From: Mustelus asterias
Lineage: Eukaryota
Assembly (NCBI RefSeq): GCF_964213995.1
Contig: NW_027590190.1
Coordinates: 558,001 to 622,000 of the forward strand
Length of the DNA stretch: 64,000 nt
Reading direction: 5' to 3'
Shown here: positions 24,695 to 36,644 of the stretch, piece by piece
How the letters are laid out: each line of letters begins with the position of its first letter
Position numbering within the stretch: the stretch's first letter is position 1
The notes under the pieces: model-generated
What the model saw: only the letters and a program-made list of their open reading frames with translations
What the model was told of the DNA's origin: nothing
Databases searched by the model: none
Made by a program: the position numbers and the translations under genes

Positions 24695-24945
24695 GGGCTG
24701 CAGTGGTTAGCACTGCTGCCTCACAGTGCCAGGGACCTGGGTTCAATTCATGGCTTGGGTGACTGTGTGTGTGGAGTCTGCACATTCTCCCCATGTCTGC
24801 ATGGGTTTCCTCCCACAGTCAGAAAGGCTTGCTGGTTAGGTGCATTGACCCGAACAAGTTCCGGAGTGTGACAACTAGGGGAATTTTACAGCAACTTGCA
24901 GTGTTAATGTAGGCTAAGCCTACTTGTGACAGTAATAAATAAACT
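24695..24945 (+). mobile_element. V-SINE (HE1-like)
   Basis: Same head and core as the 23703 copy, same CTACTTGTGAC..ATAAATAAAC tail. Confidence 0.8.
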
Positions 24946-25354
24946 TTAAAACACTGACCCACACAGGCTCCCGGTTAAACAACTCAATTTAAAACATTGC
25001 ATCTTTGTTTGCAAATCCTTCCATGACATTATTGTTCCGTATTTCCAGCCACACAGATGTTTGAATCTTTTTCTACAGACACACTTACAATCAGGTTCTG
25101 ATGAATGGAGTGACTCTGGCAGGTTTTGGTCTGATGTCTGGTTTGAGTTTCCCTTCAAATTTTGTCATCAAATTTCCTGTAAAAAATAGATCATCACTGT
25201 CAGTCAAGAATAGAAATTAAGCGAGAAACATTTCTCTTGGGTTGAGTTTTCTGTGTGTAAATCCTCCCCTTCTAACTCCCTGTAAAAGGAGTTTCCAAAG
25301 TCCATCCCTGTCAGTCCAGGAGAGAAATTCACAACATTCTCTCCTCCTGCTGGC

Positions 25355-25730
25355 AGGGAGCAGCGCGCATGCGCACTATTGCCCATCGCCCCGGGAAAGA
25401 TGGGCTCCGTCAACTCGGGGCCTCCAACTCGGCATCTGTGGTCGCGGCCCCGAATGGTAGGAACGCGGCACTGAGCAGTTATTATTCGGGTTCTCCTGTC
25501 TCCACTGGGTGCTTATGAAGCCTCTCCATCCACCCCGCCGCCTGCATTACCCTCCAGAATAAGCCGTTTCCCTGGTAACCCGGAGCCGATATAACCGCCC
25601 TCCTGCTACTGCGGGAGCAACATACATTGCGCATGCACTTTGGATCTACAGTACGCATGCGCAAAGTCTGTTGTAAGGATAGATCATATTCTGATTCACT
25701 GTGAATGCTGGGTAAGATAGCCACCATTGA
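25355..25730. promoter_or_regulatory. CpG-rich, probably bidirectional promoter upstream of ZNF-A
   Basis: GCGCATGCGCA and two further NRF1-like sites, X-box-like GTTTCCCTGGTAAC, GC-box, plus-strand GTAAGA donor. Confidence 0.6.
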
Positions 25731-25956
25731 AGTATGTTATTGCATTAAAAAAATTATGTTTTGTGATTCAATTACAACTGAAGCCAAAGCACCAAGGTAT
25801 AAAATGAAAATAACTAATACAGCAGCTAATGTCAACAGGCACCACAGTTCTGTCCTGAGTTTAATTAATAGCGGAACAAACGTCCACACCTGAAGATGAA
25901 CTCCTTGGAATGTCAGCTGGTGTAACGAACTGATTGATTTACCATCCACCCCCTCT

Positions 25957-25991
<35 letters not shown>

Positions 25992-26215
25992 CTTGACAAG
26001 AAGAATGAACTCATGGTTGATCAATTCCTTTGAACTTTTAAAGCTTGTATGTTAATAGGAGGGGAAACTGAATAAATCCATTTGCACACATAATGTACCT
26101 GAATGGTCTCTTTCTGGTGTGACTGTGCTGCTGTCAATAGGGTAACTGACCACTTACATTCCAGAACTGACATTCTGCTGGGTCAGCACTGCCCTGTTTC
26201 CAAGACCAACATTGA

Positions 26216-26505
26216 GGGGCGGCAGGGTGGCTAGCACTGCTGTCTCACAGCGCCAGGGACCCGGGTTCGATTCCCAGCTTGGGTCACGATCTGTGTGGAG
26301 TCTGTACATTCTCCCCGTATCTGCATGGGTTTCCTCCCACAATCCAAAGATGTGCGGGTTAGGTGGATTGGCTATGCTAAAAATTGCCAGGGGAACTAGC
26401 TAGGGTAAATGCATGGGGTTACGGGGATAGGGTCTGGGTGGGATTGTGGTCAGTGCAGACTCGATGGGCTGAATGGGCTTCTTCTGCTCTGTAGGGTTCT
26501 ATGAT
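26216..26505 (+). mobile_element. V-SINE (HE1-like), near full length
   Basis: A/B boxes GTGGCTAGCACTG / GGTTCGATTCC; tail GATGGGCTGAATGGGCTTCTTCTGCTCTGTAGGGTTCTATGA. Confidence 0.88.
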
Positions 26506-27729
26506 CCTTGAAATGCTATGAAATCAACTGCATAATTGAATAGTTTTTCTTCCAAAATTTTTGGGAGAAAATTCCCACCTGACTGTTCATGTTATTGGGT
26601 CAAGAAACTTGTTAATTTTAAAAATGTCCATGAATACTGCAGAGGCTTCTGCAACTCTTCCGATATTGTTTTTTGTTAACTCAGATTTTTCAAAAAGAGA
26701 ATTGAAAGGAGAAATATGCGTGTTTTTATGAAGGGGAACAATATTGGGACTAATTGCATAATTCTTTGAAAATAAGCTGGCATTGACATGATGTGTCTCC
26801 TCATGAGCTGTTATTTCACGATTGTTAGATCAATGTCTCTACAACATTCCAAAATATCCAGTCCGAATTCTATCTCCGCAAATCAAGGTCGTGAACTACA
26901 GCATGATTACACAGTTTGAAATACTCTGCAGTCCCTTTGAGATGCTGAGTACTCTAGCTGTGATCTAGTTAGTTTTTTTAATAGTTCCAGGATAACCGCT
27001 CTCTCACCTCCCATTGATTCAGCATAATGGAAGCTGGGAATTGAAACCTGTCAGCATTTGAAAGATATTCACAAATAGTTGGAGGATTTCTTACAGTTGG
27101 GATCTTTCTCTGTTCTGTCCACTCGAGGTGTTAGATAACAGACTTTCTCTTGTGAATATCCAGCTGGAGTATTGGGCCCTGATCTGTTTCCTTGTTCATC
27201 TTGTTGACTCTAAATATTGAATCTTGTGGTTTCAGACACCAGATAATCAAGCTCCCAACAATAGATTGTCTTTTACTGACTGTATTAACTACAGTGTATA
27301 GTTACCCCATTCAGAGAACAGGGAGAATGTTGGGGTAGACTCCTCCTGGTTCGAGTGTGTCGAAACTGTCAATGATTTTATTGTTTTCTGTGGATCCTCT
27401 ACTGACGGGGAGTCAGATGTGGGATCAACATGGATATCCGTAGAACTGGCAGTTTATGATGTTGTTTTATAGTGCTCGGGGCGCGGGCGGGGGGTGAACT
27501 CTGCAGCCAAACTACCTTTGGTCTTCCTCTGCTGCTGTTCCACCTCTGGTCTTGCTCTGCCACACTCCACTTCTGATCCTCCTCTGGACACCTCAGATGT
27601 TCAGAGTTTGGTGATGATGGTCCTTGAAACTGAACCAAATTTCAGTGCTGCCTCCACCTGTGCCGGTCGCCACAGTGTTTTCTCCAGAGAGGTGGTCCGC
27701 AGTGCAGAAGTTTGTAAGGATATATTTTG

Positions 27730-28440
27730 TGTGTCATTTGTACTGACCACTTTGATGTTGTTTGCCCTGAGACAGTCCCCCATCGGGAAACTTGAATACA
27801 TTGGACTTGGTCTCTTGAAATAAGTCATGAATATGGATTGTTAATAAACTCCTATCCTGCTTCTTGTGCTGTCCCCATAATAAGAGCCTGCCGACCTGAA
27901 AATGACACATCAATCCCTTCTCTTTGTCCTTTAACAACTCCTTTACCAATGCTAATATTTCACCCCCAATGACATGAGCCCTTATCCTGTGCAACAATCT
28001 TGTGTATGGCATCTTATGAAATGGCTTTTAGAAATTCAATCATACAACATTCCCTGGTTCCCCTTTATCTAACCTTTTAGTTACATCCTCAACAAATTCT
28101 ACTAGATTTGTCAAGTTCTTTCATAAACCAATGTTGACTTTGTCCAATCATGTTCTACTTTTCTAATTGCATTTTTACCACTTCCTTCATGATAGATGCC
28201 AATATTTTCCTGATGACTGATGTCAGGCTAAATAGCCTGTCATTCCCTGTTTCCTTTCTCCGGCTTTTCTTATTATTGGGATTACATTTTCCACTTTCCA
28301 ATCCATTGGTACCACTGCAGAATCTAGAGAATTTTGGAAAATCACTGGCAGTGCTTCGAGTATCAGTGCAGTCACCTCTTCCCAGATCCTGGAATGCAGA
28401 CCGTATGATCCAGGGGATTTGTCAGCTTTCTATCCCAGTA
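27730..28440 (-). mobile_element. Old CR1 RT fragment
   Basis: PYTRLLHRIRAHVIGGEIL; IHDL...SNVFKFPD resembles the YINDL/KFADD region. Confidence 0.65.
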
Positions 28441-28589
28441 ACAGGAGATGAATTAGTCTCCTCTCATCTTGGAGAAATCAAGGAGTTGGGATAAAATGAT
28501 GGAAACAAAAGTGATTCATTGGACACCAAACCCAATGTTCAGAAACTCAGAATTCAGTCAGATTGAACATAGTTCAGTCCTGGGTCTGA

Positions 28590-29462
28590 TTTTTAAAATT
28601 CATTCGTGGCACATGGACGTCGCTGGCTGGGCAGCATTTATTGCCCAATTCCTATTTGCCTTGAGAAGGTGGAGCTGCGCTGCCTTCTTGAATCACTGCA
28701 GTCCACATGCTATGGATTCATAGAATCATAGAATTCCTACAATACAGAAGGCGGCCATTCGGCCCATCGTGTCTGTTCCGACAGCAATCCCACCCAGGCC
28801 CTATTCCCATAACCCTGCTAATCCCCTTGACACTAAGGGGTAATTTAGCATAGCCAATCCACCTATTGTGGGTTGACCCACAATGCCGTTCGGGAGGGAA
28901 TTCCAGGGTTTTGACCCAGTGACTGCGAAGGAATGGCGATTATATTTCCAAGTCAGAATGGTGAGTGACTGGGAGGGGAACTTGCAGGTGGTGGTGTTCC
29001 CATGTATCTGCTGCCCTTGTCCTTCTAGATGGAAGTAGTCGTGGGTTTTGAAGGTGCTGTCGAAGGATCTTTGGTGAATTGCTGCAGTGCATCTTGTAGA
29101 TAGTAAACACTGCTGCTACTGAGCATCAGTGGTGGAGAGAGTGGATGTTGGTAGATGTGGTGCCAATCAAGCGGGCTGCTTTGTCCTGGATGGTGTTGAG
29201 CTTCTTGAGTGTTGTTGGAGCTGCACCCATCCAGGCAAGTGGGGAGTATTCCATCGCGCTCCTGACTTGTGCCTTGTAGATGGTGGACAGACTTTGGGGA
29301 GTCAGGAGGTGAGTTACTCGCTTCTGACCTGCTCTTGTAGTCATTGTGTTTATGTGGCGAGTTTCTGGTCAATGGTAACCCCAAGGATGTTGACAGTGAG
29401 GAAATCAGTGATGGTAACACCATTGAATGTCAAGGGCCGGTAGTTAGAGTGTCTCTTATTGG
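28590..29462 (-). mobile_element. CR1/L2-group LINE 3' end, with a V-SINE tail inserted at ~28718-28865
   Basis: LTPQSLSTIYKAQVRSAMEYSPLAWMGAAPTTLKKLNTIQDKAARLI (post-RT domain); 3' tail shared with the second SINE family. Confidence 0.8.
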
Positions 29463-29491
29463 TGACTAACAGCAGAATCCAACCCCTGTAG

Positions 29492-30250
29492 TCACTTGTG
29501 AATTTGCTGATGTCTCAGCAGGTGGGATGACTGAGTGAGTCCCTTCCCACACTCGGAGCAGGAGAACGGTCTCTCCCCAGTGTGAACCCGCTGGTGTCTC
29601 TGCAGGGTGGATGAACGACTAAATTTCTTCCCACACGTGGAGCAGCTGAACGGTCTCTCCCCAGTGTGAACCTGCTGGTGTGTCAGATGCTGGGATGACG
29701 TAGTGAATCCTTTCCCACACGTGGAACAGACAAATGGTTTCTCTCCACTGTGAACACGATTGTGTTCAGCAAGGTGGGATGAACAAGTGAATCCCTTCCC
29801 ACACTCAGAGCATGTGAATGGTCTCTCTCCTGGGTGCACACGGAGATGTTCAGTGAAGTTGGATGAACACCTGAATCTCTTCCCACATTCAGAACAGGTG
29901 AACGGTCTTTCCCCCGTGTGCACTCGGAGGTGTTTTGAATGTTGCGATGAAGACGCAAATCTCTTCCCACACATGGAGCAGATGAACGGTCTCTCTCCTG
30001 TGTGAAGTCCCTGATGTTGAATTAAACACCCAGAGCTCCTAAAGCTTTTCCCACAGTCAAAGCATTTGAAAGGTTTCTCCTCAGTGTGAATTCGTTGGTG
30101 TGACACAAGGCTGGATGGCTGAGTGAATCCCTTCCCACAGTTGGAGCAGATGAACGGCCTCTCCCCAGTGTGACTGCGTCGATGAGTTTCTAGGTGGGAT
30201 GGACAACTAAACCCCTTCCCACAGTCCCCACATTTCCACGGTTTCTCCAT
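29492..30250 (-). CDS. C2H2 zinc-finger protein ZNF-B (9 intact fingers)
   Basis: ACCATGG start, [14 protein letters not shown]..., nine tandem fingers with TGERP/TEEKP linkers ending HQQIHK*. Confidence 0.92.
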   Translation of the reverse strand: MEKPWKCGDCGKGFSCPSHLETHRRSHTGERPFICSNCGKGFTQPSSLVSHQRIHTEEKPFKCFDCGKSFRSSGCLIQHQGLHTGERPFICSMCGKRFASSSQHSKHLRVHTGERPFTCSECGKRFRCSSNFTEHLRVHPGERPFTCSECGKGFTCSSHLAEHNRVHSGEKPFVCSTCGKGFTTSSQHLTHQQVHTGERPFSCSTCGKKFSRSSTLQRHQRVHTGERPFSCSECGKGLTQSSHLLRHQQIHK

Positions 30251-31914
30251 GGTGCCCTGGGGTTGGATGATCAGCTGAGGCCTCATCCACACACAGAACA
30301 CATGTATCGTTTCTCCTCGCTGTGAATGGTGTGATTTTTTTTCAGGCTGTGTAACTGGTTAAACTCTTTCCACAGTCAGTTCACTGGAACACTCTCACTC
30401 GGGTGTGTCTGTGTCGGTGCTTTTCCAGTCACACTGATGTTTGAAATCTTTTCCCACAGATAGAACAGAAAAACATTTCTCCATCCATATTCAAAGGCCG
30501 AAGATATTCAGGTCCTGATGAATCGAGTGACTCTGTCAGATCTCAATGTGATGTTTGGTTTGGATTTCCTGTCTGAAAATTCTCCAGTGTGAATGCCCTG
30601 TAAAAGGACATTACACAAATGATTCACTGTAAGTACAGGCATAAATCCAAAACTGACAACTCTAGTTTCTTTGGAATATTTTTTCCTCTCTTGTTCTCCA
30701 AGTTGCTGACACAACTCACAAAGTAAATCACATTCCACAAACTGTCCCTCCTCCCAATGTGATTCACTGGATTTCAGTGCAATCTCCATCATTTCCTTTC
30801 TCCTCCCAGTTTTCTCCTTTCCTTTATTCTGCCTGGGTTCAATTCTCCAGCTGCTGAGTGAAGAATGAGAATAAAATCAATGAGTGAATAATTATCTCTC
30901 CGATCACTGGGACCATGAAGTCCCACCCACTCTCTACTCCCACACCAAGAAAGTTGTGCATGCGCTCTGCCAGTCATCAAACTAGGATGGTAACTGTTAA
31001 CCTGGGCCTGTCCCCATAAAGCCCCAGCGCTGTAAACTCAGGAATTTGATATTCTTATTGCAAGTTCCATACATCACCTGTTTCTGAAGCTTCCCAGCCG
31101 ACCCACAGCTCCAATTCCTCCCCTGCACCAAAATCTCCTCCTACTATCTGAGCCACCTGTTCCTCCTCAGTCCACCTCCACCAACCTCACTGAGCGTGCT
31201 CAGAGCACAGTGCCATCCCAGTTTGGTGCACTAGGCTCCTGGAGTTATTGACGGTGGACCTTCAGCATGCCTTTTGTCTCATGTCTTTTTGAAATCCAAG
31301 TACACAACACCCACTGGTCGCCCTTCATCTACCCGATGAGTCACAGCCTCAAAAAACCCAAAGAACCTTATCAAGCACAATTTTTCTTTTGTAATACCAT
31401 GCTACTTGTTTGATCATACTCATATTTCCTAAGTGCATACGGAATTAAGTAAAAAAGTCTTACTACAATTTTACAGTGCAATGGTAAATCCTCACCTAGA
31501 GTAGTGTGTGCAATTTTGGTCTCCTTACCCAAGGAAGGCCATACCTCTTGTCCTAGCGGAAATCCATTTTGATATATACTTTTTCAAGCTCCTCCTTCCC
31601 TCCACTACCTCCCCGCCCAAGCACCAGTCTCTAACGTCTTCGCATGTTTTGCTTTGAGAGAACATTAACCTTTATTCGTTGATGAACACAGTCTGCAAAC
31701 TGACCTTTACGCCACTATTAAGACTGCCTTAGTCTTTAACACTACCATTAGCACTTCCGTTGTCTTGTGTCCATGACATATTTGTTAAATCTCTCCTGAT
31801 CTACTTTCACTGACCTTCTATTTTGCTCCACCCTCTCCAACAATATAACAGCCGTGACATTTCTACCTCTCTTCAGTCCTAAAATCCACTCATGATTCTC
31901 ACCTTCTACAGACA

Positions 31915-32364
31915 GGGTCACTGCGCATGCGCATTGCTGCCACCAAGATGGCGGCCGTGTCCCGGGTCTGTCATTAAAAAAAGTCGTAGCGTCTCTTACT
32001 GACAACGTAGAACTGATAGCTTCTTATTTGGATTGTGAATCCTCCAGAAGGTGTTTATGAAACTTCCCAGTCCACTCACCGGCTCTGTTCCTCTCCTGTC
32101 CGGAGCTCATGTCTCCTCACAAACACCACGACACCGCCTCCATTCCATTCGCCTACACAGCGTCCACTCCACGCCTGCGCAGCGGGCACCATCAGTCAGA
32201 CTACGACCCCGCCCCTCCTTCACTCCGATTGGTTGGAGGACCAGCCGCTCCCGCTCGGTCATCCAGCCCCGCCCACTCTCATTGTTCTGGAATCTCACTC
32301 TGCCGCTTCCGGCTTCAGCCCAGCAGCAACTTCAACCAAAGACCCAACTGGGAAAAGGTGAATA
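31915..32364 (+). promoter_or_regulatory. Promoter / first exon for ZNF-C, divergent from ZNF-B
   Basis: TGCGCATGCGCA (NRF1), CAAGATGGCGGC (YY1), CCCCGCCC x2, GATTGG, GCCGCTTCCGG (ETS), donor AAAG|GTGAAT at 32358. Confidence 0.65.
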
Positions 32365-32507
32365 TTTCCGCATGTTTAAAATCAGTAATGAAGTCATTAA
32401 ATAGAAATTGATAAAAGCAAAATACTGCGGATGCTGGAATCTGAAACAAAAACACAAAATGCTGAAAATCTCAGCAGGTCTGACAGTATCTGTGTAGAGT
32501 GGAAAGA

Positions 32508-33295
32508 CAGTAAGAAGTCTCACACCAGGTTAAAGTCCAACAGGTTTATTTGGCAGCAAAATCCACTAGCTTTCAGAGCGCTGCTCCTTCGTCAGGTAAG
32601 TGGGAGTTCTGTTCACAAACAGGGCATATAAAGACACAAACTCAATTTACAAAATAATGGTTGGAATGCGAATCTTTATAGGTAATCAAGTCTTCAAGGC
32701 CCAGGCAAGTCGTGGGGGTTACAGATAATGTGACAAGATCCCGATTGAGGCCGTCCTCATGTGTGCGGAACTTGGATATCAGTCTCTGTTCAGCACTGAT
32801 AGCCAAGTTCCGCACACATGAGGACGGCCTCAATCGGGATCTTGGGTTCATGTCACATTATCTCTAACCCCCACGACTTACCTGGGCTTGCAAAATCTCA
32901 CTAACTGTCCTGTCTGGAGATAATACACATCTCTTTAACCTGTGCTTAACGCTCTCTCCACTCTCATTGTCTGTACCTTTAAGACTTGATTAACTATAAA
33001 GATTCGCATTCCAACCATTATTTTGTAAATTGAGTTTGTGTCTTTATATGCCCTGTTTGTGAACAGAACTTCCACTTACCTGACGAAGGAGCAGCGCTCC
33101 GAAAGCCAGTGGATTTTGCTACCAAATAAACCTGTTGGACTTTAACCTGGTGTTGTGAGACTTCATAGAATCATAGAAACCCTACAGTGCAGAAGGAGGC
33201 CATTCGGCCCATCGAGTCTGCACCGACCACAATCCCACCCAGGCCCTACCCCTTTTTACTGTGTTTACCCCAGTCCAACGCCAGCATCTCCACAC
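32508..33295. mobile_element. Penelope-like insertion with inverted pseudo-LTR pair and two hammerheads (32564-32602 -, 33073-33111 +); SINE tail nested at 33165-33252
   Basis: KFRTHEDGLNRD GIY-YIG C-terminus on both strands; long near-perfect inverted arms. Confidence 0.9.
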
Positions 33296-33587
33296 CAGAG
33301 AGAAAAGAGCCAACGTTTTGAGTCCAGATGACCCTTCGTTAAATTGTTGTGAGCTGCATTATTTGTTAGAATGAGAGTGACGGAGTGGGATTGATCCACA
33401 GCCAGTGTCACCAGTTTGAGGACAGGAGGGGAGAGAATCTGGAGAGAAGAAAAGAATCAGGAGAAGACTAGAAACTCAATCTGGAGCAATGAGCAGAGAG
33501 CGAAAAGCGTGTGTGGGGCACAGAATTGTTAGCTCTGAATTTCTGTCCTGTACTTACACTGATAACTTCTGTAAACTCCTTTTGCAG

Positions 33588-34929
33588 GGAGTTCGAGGGA
33601 GAGAAGTTCCAGATGGGAAAGTCAGAACAAACATCATGTCAAAATCTGACAGTCACTTGATTCATCAGGACCTGAATATCATCGACTTCTGAATGTGGAA
33701 GGAGAAATGTTTGTTCTATCTGTGGGGAAAGATTTTAAACGTCAGTGTGACTGAAAAAGCACTGAGACACACACTCACCTGAGTGAGAGTGTTCCAGTGA
33801 ACTGACTGTGGAAAGAGCTTTAACCAGTTACACAGCCTGAAAAAACATCATACCATTCACAGTGCGGAGAAATGTACAGGTGTTCTGTGTGAGGCTCCAA
33901 CTGATCATCCAACCTGGAGAGACAAATTAATAATTGAATCACGGAGAAAGCGTGGACATATGGTGATTGTGGGATGGGATTAATTTTCCCTTTTAAACTG
34001 GGACATGATCAATGCAGTCACACTGGGGAGGGACCTTTCACCTTCTCCATGTGTGGAGATGGATTTACTCAGTTATCCAGTCTGTTGACACGCCAGCCAG
34101 TTCATACCCAGGAGAGGCCGTTCAGATGTTCCACATGTGGGAAGGACTCATATGACCTCCTGGCTCATGAGCAAGTTCACACTGAGGAGAGCGCATTCAC
34201 CAGGCCTGTGTGTGGCAACGGATTCACTCAGTCATGCCAGCTCACTGAACATCAACATGTACACAGTGATCAGAGACTTTTTAAATGTTCTGACTGCGAG
34301 AAGAGCTTGAAAAGCAAGAAGTATCTGCAAATACACCAGCGACTTCACACTGGGAAAGAGACTGTTCATCTGCTCTGAGTGTGGGAAGAGATTTGTTCAG
34401 TCATTTGACTTGCTAATGCACCAGTGACGTCACACTGGGGTGAGGCCATTCACTTGCTGTGTGTGTGAAAAGGGATTCACTCAACCCCACCAGCGAGTTC
34501 ACACTGAGGAGAGGCCATTTATTTGCTGTGTGTGTGGGAAGGGATTCACTCAGACATCCCACCTTGTGACACACCAGCAGGTTCACACTGGGAACAGACC
34601 ATTCATCTGCTCTGAGTGTGGGAAGGGATTCACTCAGTCATACCAGCTTCTGTTGCACCAGCGAGTTCACATTGGAGAGAGGCCATTCACCTGCTCCACG
34701 TGTGCTAATGAATTCATTCAGTCATCAGACAGTCTGGTGCACCAACAAGTTCATACTAAGGGGAGGCCATTCACCTGCTCCGTATGTGGGAAGGGATTCA
34801 CTCAGTCATCCCATCTGCTGAGGCACCAGTGAGTTCACACTGGGGAGAGGCCGTTCACCTGCTCAATGTGTGGGAAGGGATTCAATCAGTCATCACACCC
34901 TGTGACACACCAGCAAGTTCACAAATGAC
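33588..34929 (+). pseudogene. C2H2 zinc-finger pseudogene ZNF-C
   Basis: CTCCTTTTGCAG acceptor; finger array broken by frameshifts, deletions and stops (ORF pieces 33974-34378, 34440-34832). Confidence 0.85.
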
Positions 34930-35149
34930 TGCAAGAATTAGATTCTGCTTTTAATCATATTGAAGACTAAATGTGTGGGTTAATCTTGATGTGTGTAAGA
35001 AAGCCACTCTCTTCCATGGTTTAGAGCTCCTAGATATGGAACAGAAGCTCCTTTACAACTATGTTTAGAGTCAGGAAGATTGCTGGAAACATGATGTCAA
35101 ATCAGAGATTGGTGTAAAACTGGGATCTGTTCCTGACTGAAAGTAAAAT

Positions 35150-35265
35150 GGTAAGAAGTCTCACAACACCAGGTTAAAGACCAAATAAACCTGTTGGACT
35201 TTAACCTGGTGTTGTGAGACTTCTTACCATGTTCACCCCAGTCCAACGCCGGCATCTCCACATCA
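35150..35265 (+). mobile_element. Penelope-like terminal fragment with 5' inversion
   Basis: GGTAAGAAGTCTCACAACACCAGGTTAAAG followed by its reverse complement and the CCAACGCCGGCATCTCCACATCA end. Confidence 0.8.
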
Positions 35266-35629
35266 AAAGTAAAACGGCAGGTTTAACTTTACAGTCTGAA
35301 AATAGTGATAGAAACTGACTGTTGAAATCTGTCAACATTAGAAAACTATTTATAAATAATTTGAGGGTTCTTTACAGTTGGGATCTTTCTCTGTTCTGTC
35401 CACTCAGGGTATTAGATAACAGACTTTCTCCTTGAATATCCAGCTGGAGTATTTGGCCCTGATGTGTTTCTTTGTTCATCTTATTGACTCTAAATATTGA
35501 GCCTTGTGGTTTCAGACACCAGGTAATCAAATTCCCAACAACAGATTGTCTTTTATTGACTTTATTAACAGCACTGCAATAATACAGACAGAGTAATTCC
35601 TCACATGGTTCCAGTACTCAGTGAAGTAC

Positions 35630-36015
35630 TTTTTAAAAATTCATTCATGGGATGTGGATGTCATTGGCTTGGCCAGCATTTAGTACCCACCCTAATTACC
35701 CTTGACCTGAGCGGATTGCTAGGCCATTGCAGAGGGCATTTAAGAGTCAACCACGTTGCTGTGGATCTGGAGTCAAAGATGTGCCAGACCAGGTAAGGAC
35801 GGCAGATTTCCTTCCCTAAACACATTAGTGAACCAGATGGGTTTTTTTTACAACAATCGACAACAGTTTCCTGGTCATGAGACTTTTAACTCCAGATTTT
35901 TATTGAATTCAGATTTCACCACCTGCCGTGGTGGGATTCGAACCCTGGTCCCCAAAGTATTACCTGGGACTCTTGATTACTAGTCCAGCGACAATATCAC
36001 TCTGCCACTGCCTGC
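35630..36015 (-). mobile_element. Second tRNA-derived SINE family, near full length
   Basis: B-box GGTTCGAATCC on the - strand; tail ...CACATCCCATGAATGAATTTTT. Confidence 0.75.
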
Positions 36016-36644
36016 CTTTTATATGAAATTTATCTGCATCTCCGAGCCTGTAATGGTGTATTGGTCTGTAATTTTAACAATCTAATTCAATATTCCTTCT
36101 GTAATATCCTGTCTACCACTTTCCTGTTACCTGATGAATTTGTTAATTGTTATTATCACTGGATTGTCACAGTTTCCATGTGTTTAACATGATTAGTTAG
36201 TCTGTACCTGAATTTTATGATTTTTTAATGCAAGTTACACAGCAATTCAGCCTATTGGCTGTGAGCCTGTTCCTTGAATGAAATATCATTTGACTTAAAA
36301 TTTACCCAGTCTGGAGAACAGAGATAATACAGTGGATTCAGAACTCTCTCCTCCCCAGCTCTGATCGAACAAGCTGCAGTTACACTGGAGATATTTATGT
36401 TTAAATTGTTCACTACAGTTGTGATCTGACCCTGTTCAAACTGTAACCAGAATGATATCTGTGCATTGTTCTGAGTGTGAGCACAAGAACGTGTCACTGT
36501 CACAAACAGATACCATTTCCTTCATTCACACCTCCACACAAATACCAGCCCTTTACACACTCCTTTTCTACACAACCACAGCAACATGAGCAAGGATGTG
36601 AGGCTCATTACTATTCATCCACATTTCATAACAGCAAAGGCTCC

